Origin: Sphyrna mokarran
Taxonomy: Eukaryota
Assembly: GCA_024679065.1 (NCBI GenBank)
Contig: JAGIQG010000012.1
Location: 53,382,001-53,446,000, forward strand
Length of the DNA: 64,000 bases
Direction: 5' to 3'
Under the pieces are notes generated by a model. It had not been told where the DNA came from. It saw nothing but the letters and a program-made list of their open reading frames with translations, and did not search any database. The position numbers were made by a program, and so were the translations under genes. Shown here in pieces: positions 62,379-64,000 of the stretch; the stretch's first letter is position 1, and each line of letters opens with the position of its first letter.

Positions 62379-62584
62379 CTTATTCCACTTTGTAACATCA
62401 CCCAATTCCATTTCTATCTCAACTGATCCGCTGCTGAAACTTTCGTCTTTGACTTTGTTACCTCAATGTTTAACTTTTAAAAATAGACTCCTGGCTGTGC
62501 TCTTTAATTCTATCCTCCACAAACTTCTGCTGCCCACACCCTAATTCACACCAAGTCCTGTCCTTCTGCTTCTTCAGTGCTTTT

Positions 62585-62747
62585 TTGATTTGATTTGATT
62601 GATTATTGCCACATGTATTAGTGTACAGTGAAAAGTATTGTTTCTATACAGACAAAGTTTACTGTTCATAGGGAAGGAAAGAAGATGGTGCGGAATGTAG
62701 TGTAGTCATAGCTAGGGTGCAGAGAAAGATCAACTTAATATGAGGTC
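62585..62747 (-). mobile_element. Rex1/Babar-like LINE 3' end
   Basis: Minus strand TTTTCACTGTACACTAATACATGTGGCAATAATC plus an (AAATC)n tail. Confidence 0.55.
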
Positions 62748-64000
62748 TTACACTCTATTAAGCTATCCCTCAATTTTAATATTCTCATCCTCATTTTCAA
62801 ATCTCCCATGACATCACTATCTCTGCCTCCATGATCTCCAACCTTACAGCTCCCCAGGATGTCAGCGGCCCACCATTTCTGACTTTTCAAACATCCCCAA
62901 TTTTAAGCACACCACTACTGGCAGCAATGCATTCCCCAAAACCTTGAATCACCTTCCCAAACCTTTTTGCCTCTCAAGCTCTCTTTCATATTTTAAGACA
63001 CTCCTTAAATCCTCTCTGACCAAGCTTTTGATCATTTAATATTTCATTCTGTGGTTCAATTTCGAATTTTGTTTAATAGCATTTTTGCTGAGTTTCATTA
63101 TGTTAGGTAATAAAATATACATGTAAAGGCAAGTTGTTTTTATTGTTGCTATCTTTCTATGACTTTTTTCTGTCTTTCTTCATCCAATCTTTCTTTTCTC
63201 TTTTCTTTATCTACACCTGATGTTACTTTGTGCTATTAACTTTGCAATCCTTCAATCTGATTAGTTAAGGACATACACAGCCACTTACACAGGTTCCAGA
63301 TGCCCTGTGGAGGGCACCATGGTATCTCCATCTCACAATTTCAGTAACTTGCTACACAAAATATCATGGGTCTTAAACAGGCAAAGGACGTCTAACCAAT
63401 GTTGGGCAGTCAACTGTTGACCAATTATGCAAACTTCAGGCCATCAGTCCATGCGGGGGTGTGGGGTGGGGGGCAGGGATGCTCAGTGGAAGACTATGCT
63501 TTGTTGGGTTACATAGTGACACATTCTGTTGAAACAGCTGAGCATTTCAGTTGATATTTAGCTAAGTTTAAAAGAAAACTATACATTAGACAATATCCCA
63601 GTGGTATTAAATGCCTACTTGACTTTATGGAGATTGACATCTCACGCTACAAAGGAAGCATGCATCTCCTCATAACAGCAATTAAAGTTGAACATTGACT
63701 TGTCGATTGACAGCCCTTGTAGACTTATGTTGAATCTTTCATGACTGGGAAAGGAATGAAAGACTTCCCTTTTTGATGATTGCAGTACAGGAAAATATTT
63801 TTGGACAAGATGAGAATATATTATTCTTTCATTTTCATATGCGCTTATTTTGTTAATAAACTCATCTTGCAGTTTTTACATCAGCTTTTGGTTTCTTCGC
63901 ATAACAATGGTTTGAATTCCCTCCAAAATGAAAAGAATATCAAACAAAATAAGCAGCAGTATGTCAAGGTTCCTCTGACATATATGCAGATTAGATAGCA

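Larger units (their letters stand above)
62030..63140 (+). mobile_element. Decayed L2 LINE 3' region with nested insertions
   Basis: TTTTAATATTCTCATCCTCATTTTCAAATC, TTTAAGACACTCCTTAAA and a GCAAGTTG-type tail. Confidence 0.65.

Overview
AT-rich, repeat-dense vertebrate genomic DNA. The repeat families (HE1-type V-SINEs, SacSINE1-type DeuSINEs, CR1/L2/RTE LINEs, Penelope and Harbinger relics) point to a cartilaginous fish, probably a shark; this is an inference. The only host gene I can support is the 3' end of the two-pore potassium channel KCNK2 (TREK-1) on the + strand: penultimate coding exon 1126-1268, an intron of about 10.2 kb, and final coding exon 11471-11785. The remaining ~52 kb is 3' UTR and intergenic DNA with layered transposon insertions. 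Most noteworthy: (1) Penelope-like elements and short solo units carrying minimal hammerhead-ribozyme motifs, one core-intact at 33755-33793, plus a head-to-head ribozyme hairpin at 25840-26027; (2) a CR1 LINE whose 3' UTR appears to have captured a promoter-dead V-SINE and spread with it; (3) one V-SINE head joined to two different LINE-type tails; (4) a miniature two-LTR element with a polypurine tract; (5) a tandem pair of Harbinger transposase cores. Repeat family names come from recalled consensus features, not database searches, and most repeat boundaries are approximate.
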